Of a stretch of DNA of 64,000 nucleotides, positions 1-8,504 are shown one piece after another; position 1 is the first letter of the stretch, and every line of letters begins with the position of its first letter. The notes beneath the pieces were generated by a model, which ran no database searches, was not told the origin of the DNA, and saw only the letters and a program-made list of their open reading frames with translations. Source of the DNA: Lachnospiraceae bacterium (lineage in GTDB: Bacteria; Bacillota; Clostridia; Lachnospirales; Lachnospiraceae); contig SVEY01000010.1 in the NCBI GenBank assembly GCA_015057165.1, positions 16,027 to 80,026 on the forward strand, in the 5' to 3' direction. The translations under genes and the position numbers were made by a program.

Positions 1-579
1 ATTCTCAATTATATATGTAAAGCCAGTCTTCTTCTCAAGTAACTCACATAAAGGCACTTCCATCTCCCAAATGCCATAAGCATGTAAAGAAGTACCTGTG
101 TCTCTATCAACCTCTCCGGTTACCGCTATACAGCCACCAATAATCTTGTGTCTGTCATAACTAAAATCCATAACCATTGAATTAATAACTTCTGCAATAT
201 CATTCACAAAATCATTTGCAGGTTTGCTATTATCAGTAACAAGACCCCTCTTATCCTTAACATTTCCAGCAAGATCAGATATAACAATAACTGTGTCCTG
301 ACTTTCTATATTGACTCCTATTATGTAGGCATAATCATAATTGATTCTAAGCTTAACTTTCCTTCGCCCTGCACCTTTATTATCACTTACTGTACCACAT
401 TCCTTAATAAGTCCAATATCAAGAAAGTCATTACAAATCTGAGTAACTGCTGCCGCAGTAAGACCTGTTGCTTCTGCAATCTCCTTTCGAGATACATCTG
501 CATGAGAGTTCATATATCTAAGGATTGAGCTCCTGTTCTGTTTCTTTACTTGTCCCATGTTAATTCCATTTTTATACAT
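1..579 (-). CDS. ROK-family transcriptional regulator. This is the N-terminal part; the 3' end runs off the window.
   Basis: Not in the ORF track because it is truncated. My minus-strand translation gives MYKNGINMGQVKKQNRSSILRYMNSHADVSRKEIAEATGLTAAAVTQICNDFLDIGLIKE..., which looks like the wHTH N-terminus typical of XylR/NagC-type ROK repressors. The ATG is at 579. Confidence 0.7.
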   Translation of the reverse strand, partial: MYKNGINMGQVKKQNRSSILRYMNSHADVSRKEIAEATGLTAAAVTQICNDFLDIGLIKECGTVSDNKGAGRRKVKLRINYDYAYIIGVNIESQDTVIVISDLAGNVKDKRGLVTDNSKPANDFVNDIAEVINSMVMDFSYDRHKIIGGCIAVTGEVDRDTGTSLHAYGIWEMEVPLCELLEKKTGFTYIIEN

Positions 580-617
580 TGGACGTTCCCCATTTCTAGT
601 ATTATATTCAATCCTAA

Positions 618-1958
618 TTACATATTAATACATTCTATATTAAGCATATCTGCAAGTGCATTAAGCTCACCTACAATATCTCCATAACATACAACAAAGT
701 GTGGCTCCCATCCCTGAAGTACGCTATCATTAACAATCTGCGTTGCATCATTCTTTGTCTTAACAACAACAGATGTTCCAGTAAATTGCTTTGGTTTATC
801 AAGAGCTTCTCCGCCTGCTACAAAGAAGCGGAACTTACCCTTTGAATCCAAACCAATTCTAAAGATTGTCACTTCATCACAAGACTTACAACCAAAGTCA
901 AGTGTTGGTCCAATCTTACGATTACAATGAACGCCAACATCAGCCTTATCATCTTTTGCAAGAGTACATGCTGCAGTTCCACAATGCCACATTGTAATTG
1001 TATTCTCCTTTTCATCCATAGATACAGGATCACCGAAAAATACAGGACTATTAGTCAATTCCATGCCAACATACATAGATAATGCACCATAAGTATCTGA
1101 CTCACAACTTGCAGCAATTCCTAAGTCATTCAGAATTGCAAGAACAGCACATACAGGTGTTCCAAAAGCTGTGAAGAAATCAGGCCAGCATCTTGAAGCA
1201 AGAGCTCCAATATTGTTTTTCTCTACATACTCTTTATATGATTTATAAAGTCTAGCAAAATCTTTAACGTTGTTTTCTGGGATACTATCTAGTCCGCTCA
1301 TGCGCTTCTTAGCATCATTTACAAACTCTTCTACTTCCTCATCAGAATATCCCTTAGCCACATCTATTAATTCTCTAGCCTCAATAGACTCTAATGTTAC
1401 GCCAAAGGTAGACATCATTTCAGCATCCATTGCTCTACCAAAGCCAAAGCCTTGTGGAGTATGACCAACTGCTGCTAATTTAAGTTCTCTCATAGAAGCC
1501 TTAACCTTTGCAGCCTTTATTACAGCTCCAACTTTTGCCTTCACATTTTCCTCTGTTGGGCCACCAAATATATATTGGAATGGCTCTTCTCTAAATGATT
1601 TAATTGCATTGGCTGCAGAGTACGCACCAGTAAGAGAATTAAGACGAAGTCTTCCTCCATCAATTACAGGCTCACGAAGTGTCCATAGAAGTATAGGACA
1701 ATCGAACTTCTTAAGAACCTCAGAAGCATATGCAGCATTGGCAAATGTGATATTCTGTAGCACAATCAAATCAGGCTCGATTGTATCAAGAAAATCATTT
1801 AACAAATCAAGTGAAAGTAACATTTCACTTGGTACAACAACTTTATCAGATAAACTCTTTAATAATTCAATTGACTTATCAAATTCCTTCTTGGCACTTT
1901 CTAAGTGAAATGTTGGAACGCCAATTGGAATATATGCAACTTGAAAATCTTTACTCAT
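618..1958 (-). CDS. L-fucose/L-arabinose isomerase family protein; candidate sulfosugar aldose-ketose isomerase
   Basis: 446 aa ORF with a GGAG RBS. The C-terminal half carries fucose-isomerase-like motifs (CWPDFF..., CESDTYGALSM, MWHCGTAA). It sits in the sulfoquinovose-type locus. Confidence 0.65.
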   Translation of the reverse strand: MSKDFQVAYIPIGVPTFHLESAKKEFDKSIELLKSLSDKVVVPSEMLLSLDLLNDFLDTIEPDLIVLQNITFANAAYASEVLKKFDCPILLWTLREPVIDGGRLRLNSLTGAYSAANAIKSFREEPFQYIFGGPTEENVKAKVGAVIKAAKVKASMRELKLAAVGHTPQGFGFGRAMDAEMMSTFGVTLESIEARELIDVAKGYSDEEVEEFVNDAKKRMSGLDSIPENNVKDFARLYKSYKEYVEKNNIGALASRCWPDFFTAFGTPVCAVLAILNDLGIAASCESDTYGALSMYVGMELTNSPVFFGDPVSMDEKENTITMWHCGTAACTLAKDDKADVGVHCNRKIGPTLDFGCKSCDEVTIFRIGLDSKGKFRFFVAGGEALDKPKQFTGTSVVVKTKNDATQIVNDSVLQGWEPHFVVCYGDIVGELNALADMLNIECINM

Positions 1959-1998
1959 TCTTATTCTCCCATTATTAAAACGTCACTTCTATACTCCT

Positions 1999-2721
1999 CT
2001 AGTAGTATAGTTCTTTGTTTTCTCCTATTATTCCTGGATATGCACCTTGATCAATTAAAGGTTTTCTATCCGGATGAGAAATAACCCATTTATTACGGGC
2101 CAGCAATAATGTCGTTTCTACATCTTTATCATCAACATTACGATTAGCAATATTATTCATTATACTATCTCTTTCTCTCTTTTCCTTTGTAGAAAGAGGA
2201 GTATTAGTTCCCTCAGCAAGAACTACCACATCCTTAAATCCTTCATCGCATACTTTAATAGGCGACAAATGAAGTGTAGTCTGATACATCTCTATCATCG
2301 TTCCTTTTGGGACAAAGAATACTGTTGCATCCTCGTTGTTATAGTGATAATTCTTGATATCTGTAGATAGACCAAGTACAAGCATCATATCAGTGACAGC
2401 GATATTAACTTCGCTGCACTTATGATACTCAAATCCATTATAGGTAGAATTCCTACCATTACAATAACCAATTTGAATTGGCATTCCACCATATATAATG
2501 CTTCTTATTGTTCTAGCAACATGCGTCAATTCCATAGGTTCAACAGAAGGAACATACACATTTCCCTCATCTGGAATAGTCGTATTCTCTTCCATATAAT
2601 TAATCAGTTCACTCAGATCATATCCAGGATGAACGCGACCAAACTTCTTGAACATTTCATCAAATACAGAATAAACCTTTATATCATTAACGTCATTTAA
2701 TCTCTTAAGCATTTCCTTCAT
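1999..2721 (-). CDS. DUF4867-like (cupin/ureidoglycolate-lyase-like) protein
   Basis: 240 aa. The sequence pattern (..YGGMPIQIGYCNGRNSTYNGFEYHKCSEVNIAVTD..MYQTTLHLSP) matches my recollection of DUF4867 proteins found in sugar loci. Confidence 0.5.
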   Translation of the reverse strand: MKEMLKRLNDVNDIKVYSVFDEMFKKFGRVHPGYDLSELINYMEENTTIPDEGNVYVPSVEPMELTHVARTIRSIIYGGMPIQIGYCNGRNSTYNGFEYHKCSEVNIAVTDMMLVLGLSTDIKNYHYNNEDATVFFVPKGTMIEMYQTTLHLSPIKVCDEGFKDVVVLAEGTNTPLSTKEKRERDSIMNNIANRNVDDKDVETTLLLARNKWVISHPDRKPLIDQGAYPGIIGENKELYY

Positions 2722-2741
2722 ATAGCATACCCTTTATCAAA

Positions 2742-3599
2742 TTATAAATCTCTAACAACCTTATATGTAGCAATCCAATCTTCTGGGCCATAACCCTTTT
2801 CCATAGCAGCTTCATATACTTTCATCGCATTCTCTTCACCAGGAACTTTAACACCACATTCCTTAGCAAGATTTAGACAGATTCCTATATCCTTATACTC
2901 ATTTTGTACAGAAAATGCTGTTGTGTAATCTTCAGCAGCAAGGGCATCTTTCTTAGAATCAAGATAGAAGTTCTGTCCTCCACCGAATGACACACACTCT
3001 GCAAATGTAGGAATATCGATTCCATTCTTACCTGCAAGTACAAGCATTTCATTAACACCATTCTGAATTTGTGATACTAATGCGTTATGACAAATCTTCA
3101 TAACAAGACCTGCACCATTTTCACCGAGTCTCTTGATGTTCTCTCCCATATATGAAAGGATAGGAAGAATCTTATCATAAAGCTCCTCATCACATCCTAC
3201 GAAGATTCCAAGCTTTCCTGCAATAGCAGCTGGCTTAGACTTTACAACCGGTGCGTCCGCAAACTGTGCTCCAGTTGCTTTAACCATCTTAGAAATCTCT
3301 ACTGATACAGAAGGGTCAATAGTACTCATGTCAATACAAATCTTAGATGAATCTGTCACCTTAGCAACTTCATCATACACTGCCTTAGAATGTTCTGACT
3401 TTGGAACCATAGAGATTATTACGTCAGAATTCTTAGCGACCTCTGTTGAGTTAGCACACTTCTTGGCCCCAACTCCAACTAATTTATCAACCTGAGCTTC
3501 ATTAAAGTCAAATACGAATACATCTCCATCGTGCTTCTTGACAATGTTCTCACACATTGACTCACCCATTATTCCCAAACCTATAAATCCTATATTCAT
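2742..3599 (-). CDS. NAD(P)-dependent beta-hydroxyacid dehydrogenase family (3-hydroxyisobutyrate / tartronate-semialdehyde reductase-like); candidate sulfolactaldehyde reductase
   Basis: 285 aa with an N-terminal Rossmann motif IGFIGLGIMG. The length and architecture are YihU/GarR-like. Confidence 0.8.
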   Translation of the reverse strand: MNIGFIGLGIMGESMCENIVKKHDGDVFVFDFNEAQVDKLVGVGAKKCANSTEVAKNSDVIISMVPKSEHSKAVYDEVAKVTDSSKICIDMSTIDPSVSVEISKMVKATGAQFADAPVVKSKPAAIAGKLGIFVGCDEELYDKILPILSYMGENIKRLGENGAGLVMKICHNALVSQIQNGVNEMLVLAGKNGIDIPTFAECVSFGGGQNFYLDSKKDALAAEDYTTAFSVQNEYKDIGICLNLAKECGVKVPGEENAMKVYEAAMEKGYGPEDWIATYKVVRDL

Positions 3600-3677
3600 T
3601 GTTATTCTCCTTTGCTAATTATTATTCACACATCTATGTGCAAAGATGCTTGCGTTACTGTATTACTGTATTACTGT

Positions 3678-3929
3678 ATATGTACTGCTTCCGTCCAGAC
3701 ATATATTTGTAACCTTAGTTCAAGCTTAGAATATGTTAGTGATTAATTCAGTGAGGGAAATTCGTGACAAGGATGTCACGAATATGCGACAACTGAGCCC
3801 GGATGGCGAATTTGTCGCGGTTCCCGTCATATGTCTTGCAATCATTATTCTTAACCTTAATCACTTACATATTGTTAGCGAAGAACTACCAGTTATAAAT
3901 ATATGTCTGGGCGGAAAGCATGTACATAT
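3678..3929. repeat. Structured palindromic element, copy A. It has a roughly 40-bp imperfect closing inverted repeat and internal hairpins.
   Basis: Outer arms 3678-3714 and 3892-3929 are complementary (ATATGTAC..CCAGACATATATTT.TAAC). An inner stem pairs AGCTTAGAATATGTTAGTGATTAA with TTAATCACTTACATATTGTTAGC. Internal hairpins lie at 3761-3782 and 3786-3818. The element is homologous to 58174-58396. Confidence 0.6.
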
Positions 3930-3935
3930 TATATA

Positions 3936-4616
3936 TTAGTCAGTTACTGTAGCATCCCATGCAGCCTGGAACTTATTCATTCCATAGTCTGTAAATGGAT
4001 GATAAATAGAATCCTTATATACTTGAAGTCCGGCTGTTACAATATCAGCACCTGATACAGCACAGTCGTTAAACTGCTTACCATTTCTTACTGCTGCACA
4101 GATAATTTCTGTATCAAATCCATAGTTATCTCTGATTGTACAGATGTCTTCAATATACTGTACACAATCTTCACCAGAATTCTCTTTCCATCCGATAAAT
4201 GGTGAGATAAATAGTGAGTTATTCTTCATTGGTAAGATAGCTTGTGAAGGTGAGAAGATTAGTGTAACATTAGTTCTAATTCCATCCTGCTCAAGTCTTC
4301 TTGCTGCTGTAACACCTGCAAGTGTGCAAGGAATTTTGATTACAAAGTTAGGGCACATTCCTGCAATCTCTTTACCCATCTTAACCATTTCATCTGCATT
4401 ATCAAGATGTGGATTAATCTCAACAGAGATAGGGAACTTCTCATATCCTTCAATATTCTTCTCTTTTACAAAATCAGCAAATTGCTGTAATACTTCCTTA
4501 AAAGGCTTTCCAGATAACTTGATATGATTTGGGTTAGTTGTAACACCATCAATACCAAATGTATCATATGCTTCTCTTACTTCATCAATTTTTGCGCTGT
4601 CTAAGAAATACTTCAT
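3936..4616 (-). CDS. Transaldolase / fructose-6-phosphate aldolase family (short class); candidate 6-deoxy-6-sulfofructose transaldolase
   Basis: 226 aa. Carries MKYFLDSA...GVTTNPN and the VIKIPCT Schiff-base lysine motif. Strong AGGAGG RBS. Confidence 0.85.
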   Translation of the reverse strand: MKYFLDSAKIDEVREAYDTFGIDGVTTNPNHIKLSGKPFKEVLQQFADFVKEKNIEGYEKFPISVEINPHLDNADEMVKMGKEIAGMCPNFVIKIPCTLAGVTAARRLEQDGIRTNVTLIFSPSQAILPMKNNSLFISPFIGWKENSGEDCVQYIEDICTIRDNYGFDTEIICAAVRNGKQFNDCAVSGADIVTAGLQVYKDSIYHPFTDYGMNKFQAAWDATVTD

Positions 4617-4697
4617 TTCTTTTTCCTCCTAAATAATAATTGTTGTTTATTTTATTAACCCGCTACTTGTGCAAAGCACTGGCCGGCTAGCTGTTGT

Positions 4698-6659
4698 CTA
4701 TTTTGCAAGGCTCATTAATTCTTCAAATCTCTTTGAACCTTTTCTAATAAATACAGGTGGCTCTCCCACTGGAGCTCCAACGATAACCATACCTCCGTCG
4801 AATTCTTTTCCAGAGTACAGATGTACCCATTCATCCTCAGGTAGGTATACCGTCTTAGTAGTTGCTCCCTTATCAATTACAGGAGCCACTAATATATCTC
4901 TTCCAAGTAAGTATTCAAGGGATTCTGTATATGCTCTTGGCTCATCGTAATGATAGAATAGTGGACGCATTACTGGAGTTCCTTTATTAACATTTTCATC
5001 AACAAGCTCTTTTATATATCCCTTTAGGCGTACATGTGTGTTAGTAAACTTCTCAAGTTGATTATATAACTCTTCATCACCATCAAACTGTACATTCATT
5101 ACAGGCTGATTACCTTCATGGAATCTATACAATGGTGAGAATGCGTTCATCTCTTCCCATCTTAGAAGAAGCTCTTTATCTCTAGCAAGTCTCTTCTTCA
5201 TAGTTGTATATCCACCAACATCTGAATGAGCCATTCCATAACCACTCATTGCAAGAGATAGAGTTGCTGGTACAACTGCTGCGATACCATCATCAAGCGA
5301 CCAGTCAACATGCTGGTCTCCATTCCACATAAGATGAGAATACTTAATAGTCTCTGTATGACCTGCTCTTGTAAAGAAGAATACCTCTCCTTCCTTACCT
5401 GCTTCTGCAATAGCTTCATTGTTAAGCTTTGCCCAAATCGCCGGCCATCTATTATGCATCTCATATGGATCTTCACCACTGTGAAGAACACAATCTACTG
5501 GAAGATATTCTCCGAAGTCAGCCATCCAGCCACTTAGACCAATTCCAATCATATTATTCTTTATCAATCCTTTATACCATTCATAGGCATCTGGATTAGT
5601 AAAATCAACCATTGCAGCTGGGAATGTTGTAATTGTAACCTGGTAATCATTGCCCTCTTTGTCCTTAACACAGTAACCATTGGCTTTTGCTTCTTCATAT
5701 ATATCCTTCTCTAAAGCAATAAAAGGATTAATATATCCTAGGAATTTAATTCCTTTTTCATTCCATTCTTTAATCTTCTCAGGCAAGTTAGAATACTGAT
5801 CTTCCTTATCATATCTCCAATTCCACATTACCTGATATCCGAACTTAGTACGTCTACAGCCGCACCAATCCTGACTCCATATACCTGCAATCTTGATACC
5901 CTTCTTCTCAGCTTCCTCAATCTTTCTATCAATTACATCGCATCCTTCTTGAACTGCAAGAATTGCTCCATCATAAACCCAATCAGGAAGCTGTCTCTGA
6001 TGCCCAAGTAAGTCTGATAATTTAGAAGATAATTCTTCAAATGTATCTGCTTTCTTCACTACAAAGTGAGGCTTATCCTGAAGATATAATGTGGTCTGAT
6101 TAAGGACTTTGAAATTAAACTCTGAATAATTATCAATATATACATGCACAAAGTATTTGTCAGAAGAAACAAATGTTGGTTGAGCATAATAACTCTCAAA
6201 CTTGTTAAACGGAAGTACCTTCTTTGGCTTCTTGCCAAGTAATTCTCTAATAAGCTTTCTTCCGATTCTATTGGTATTCTGATGCTCTGCCACCCATATT
6301 CTTACATTCTCTCCCTTTAAGTCGAACTTAGAATATGTCTCACCACATCCATAGATGTGCTCAGAAGAATTAGCTGCAAAACTAATCCAATATCTATTAA
6401 TAGCATCATCATTACTCTCGTATGTTACTTCTAAATCTCCATTATCTTCTGTAATAATGAAATAATGATCTAGTTTCCTATTTGGATCTGTGAAATGTAA
6501 TTTTGTAGCATTTCCTTCTTTATTCTTATCAACAAATTCTAGTGTAGATTCATAAGAAAAACTCTGTTTATACACAAAGCTTCCTCTACTCATTGTAAAG
6601 TCATTAGTTCCTTCTCCAACCTTGACTCTCATGTTCAAAAGATCTTCTACTGTTATCAT
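4698..6659 (-). CDS. GH31 alpha-glycosidase, sulfoquinovosidase-like (YihQ-like)
   Basis: 653 aa. GH31 nucleophile motif GWMADFGEYLP and acid/base region MWNGDQHVDWS are present. So are QDWCGCRRTKFGYQVMWNW and HSDVGGYTT, which resemble the Arg/Trp/Tyr sulfonate-binding signature of YihQ. Confidence 0.75.
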   Translation of the reverse strand: MITVEDLLNMRVKVGEGTNDFTMSRGSFVYKQSFSYESTLEFVDKNKEGNATKLHFTDPNRKLDHYFIITEDNGDLEVTYESNDDAINRYWISFAANSSEHIYGCGETYSKFDLKGENVRIWVAEHQNTNRIGRKLIRELLGKKPKKVLPFNKFESYYAQPTFVSSDKYFVHVYIDNYSEFNFKVLNQTTLYLQDKPHFVVKKADTFEELSSKLSDLLGHQRQLPDWVYDGAILAVQEGCDVIDRKIEEAEKKGIKIAGIWSQDWCGCRRTKFGYQVMWNWRYDKEDQYSNLPEKIKEWNEKGIKFLGYINPFIALEKDIYEEAKANGYCVKDKEGNDYQVTITTFPAAMVDFTNPDAYEWYKGLIKNNMIGIGLSGWMADFGEYLPVDCVLHSGEDPYEMHNRWPAIWAKLNNEAIAEAGKEGEVFFFTRAGHTETIKYSHLMWNGDQHVDWSLDDGIAAVVPATLSLAMSGYGMAHSDVGGYTTMKKRLARDKELLLRWEEMNAFSPLYRFHEGNQPVMNVQFDGDEELYNQLEKFTNTHVRLKGYIKELVDENVNKGTPVMRPLFYHYDEPRAYTESLEYLLGRDILVAPVIDKGATTKTVYLPEDEWVHLYSGKEFDGGMVIVGAPVGEPPVFIRKGSKRFEELMSLAK

Positions 6660-6676
6660 AAAGTCCCCCTTTTGAA

Positions 6677-6729
6677 ATAATTAATTAACAGCTTTAATTA
6701 ATTATAAAACGGCTTGTAATTTTTTTCAA
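6677..6729 (-). promoter_or_regulatory. Sigma-A promoter (TTGAAA-N17-TATAAT) with an overlapping 29-bp perfect palindromic operator
   Basis: On the minus strand the -35 is at 6729-6724 and the -10 at 6706-6701. The palindrome ATAATTAATTAA-cagct-TTAATTAATTAT spans 6677-6705 and overlaps the -10 and +1. Confidence 0.7.
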
Positions 6730-6802
6730 GTGATTTATTTATTGGAAATGTATTTTGTGAATAATATACTTATTTTCCAGTTTCATTTGTTAATAATAGA
6801 CA

Positions 6803-6838
6803 AGAAAAAGGGAACTATCAGTAGGACTGATAATTCCC
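6803..6838 (-). terminator. Rho-independent terminator after the transporter gene
   Basis: A 13-bp stem with one mismatch (GGGAATTATCAGT / ACTGATAGTTCCC), a 3-nt loop, then a TTTTTCT tract in the minus sense. Confidence 0.8.
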
Positions 6839-6868
6839 CATATAACATATTATATAAAGAAGAATATC

Positions 6869-8323
6869 TTATTCAGACTTAGCTTCATCTCTCTTAGCAT
6901 TTCTCTCCTCTAGCTCATTCTTAAGTGCTATAGCATCATCTCTACCGATGTTGTATCCAAATTGCATAAGTAGAGCCATGACGAGATACATAATAAATGG
7001 TACAAGCGTTGCTAATGTATATATACCATTATTAACCTCCGGTGTCTGCTGTACAACATCTCCAGCGCCTGCCTCGGCAGATACATAACCGATAATTCCA
7101 AGTAAAGCATTGAATCCAACACCTGCTACTGTCTGACCCATCTTTCTGAAGAATGAGAATATAGCATAGGATGTTCCTTCCTCACGCCGACCTGTAAGCT
7201 TGTCCTGATAATCAATGGCATCTGAGACGATAGCCCATACCTCCATCGTGAAGAATGAAAGTCCAATTCCTGTTAGGAACAAGAATCCCATGAATATATA
7301 CGGATTAGGAATCTTCCAAATAAACATTACTAGATATGCACCCGCAGCAATAAATGCACCGAATCCGCACAACTCTTTCTTACCAAACTTCATAACCAAT
7401 TTGTTAAGGAACGGAATTGAAAGTGCCATAGGCAAATATGTCGCAATAGGTACAAGGGACTGTAATCCCGGCATCTCATAGTAGTTCTTGAGAAGATATC
7501 CGTTAGCTGTATTAGTGAACATATTACCTGCAATAAGAAGCATACTTGCAAGGGATAATGTTACGAACGGACGGTTCTTCATAAGAGAAGCCAATGTCTT
7601 ACCCACAGAGCTCTCGCCCTTCTTCTTGGCAGGTGCAATAACATTCTCTCTTGTCAATCTATAGTTCAACTGATATGCAACGACCTGGAATCCAACGATT
7701 ACAAGTGTAGCGGCAAAAAGCTTGTGTCCATCAAGGTATTTAGCTCCATTAGCTGCAACAGAGTAAACTACCAACGGGAAAATAACGGAACCTGCCATCT
7801 GTCCGATACCTGCACCAACTGTACGAGCCATAGACAGTGTAGATCTCTCCTTGATATCGTTAGTCATAACGGTTGCCATTGAACCATAAGGAATATTAAC
7901 ACCTGTATACATCATTCCATAGAAGATATATGTAATGTATGCGTAAATAAGTAACTGCGTTGATGACATTCCGAACCAGTCATATACCGGTAAGAATAAC
8001 AGTATCAACGAAATCATCATCGGGAATGAGAAGAAATAAATCCATGGACGAAAACGTCCGGTCTTCCTAGGCTTCAAATGATCGAGAATACTTCCCATAA
8101 TCGGATCATTGATAGCGTCCCACACTCTCGCTACCAGGAACAAAATAGCAATCTGTGCTGCGTTAATACCGAAAACGTCAGTATAATACATATTCAAAAA
8201 TGAACTGATTACACCAAACGCCAAAACCCCACCGGTATCACCAAGCGCATAACCTATAACGTTCTTAGCGGTCAGCTTGTTCGGGTTTGCTTTTACATTT
8301 GTAGTTGTCGTTGCCTCTTGCAT
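6869..8323 (-). CDS. GPH-family (glycoside-pentoside-hexuronide) cation symporter, YihO-like
   Basis: 484 aa polytopic membrane protein. The N-terminus (..YALGDTGG..NMYYTDVFGI..) is typical of MelB/YihO-type MFS/GPH transporters. Confidence 0.85.
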   Translation of the reverse strand: MQEATTTTNVKANPNKLTAKNVIGYALGDTGGVLAFGVISSFLNMYYTDVFGINAAQIAILFLVARVWDAINDPIMGSILDHLKPRKTGRFRPWIYFFSFPMMISLILLFLPVYDWFGMSSTQLLIYAYITYIFYGMMYTGVNIPYGSMATVMTNDIKERSTLSMARTVGAGIGQMAGSVIFPLVVYSVAANGAKYLDGHKLFAATLVIVGFQVVAYQLNYRLTRENVIAPAKKKGESSVGKTLASLMKNRPFVTLSLASMLLIAGNMFTNTANGYLLKNYYEMPGLQSLVPIATYLPMALSIPFLNKLVMKFGKKELCGFGAFIAAGAYLVMFIWKIPNPYIFMGFLFLTGIGLSFFTMEVWAIVSDAIDYQDKLTGRREEGTSYAIFSFFRKMGQTVAGVGFNALLGIIGYVSAEAGAGDVVQQTPEVNNGIYTLATLVPFIMYLVMALLMQFGYNIGRDDAIALKNELEERNAKRDEAKSE

Positions 8324-8366
8324 TATAACGCCTCCTCCTTTTTATAAAATTAATTAATGGAATTAA

Positions 8367-8419
8367 CTAATTAATTAATCGGTTTAATTAATTATATTGT
8401 TACTAATTTTTTTTTTCAA
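8367..8419 (-). promoter_or_regulatory. Second copy of the same promoter and operator cassette
   Basis: The -35 TTGAAA is at 8419-8414 and the -10 TATAAT at 8396-8391, with a 17-nt spacer. The palindrome CTAATTAATTAA-tcggt-TTAATTAATTAT spans 8367-8395 and sits in the same register relative to the -10 as the one at 6677-6705. Confidence 0.7.
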
Positions 8420-8504
8420 GATTTTTATTTTATTTAAAAATATTTTTGTGCATACTTCACTTTTTTAATAATGCAATTTGTACATATTAGACAATGCCAT
8501 TTCT

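Noticed and set aside
3733-3939. 68-aa plus-strand ORF in the track, inside the long gap between the transaldolase and the reductase genes
   Set aside because: It lies entirely within the palindromic element (3678-3929). It has no RBS, and its sequence is dictated by the hairpin arms. I treat it as a by-product of the repeat, not as a gene.
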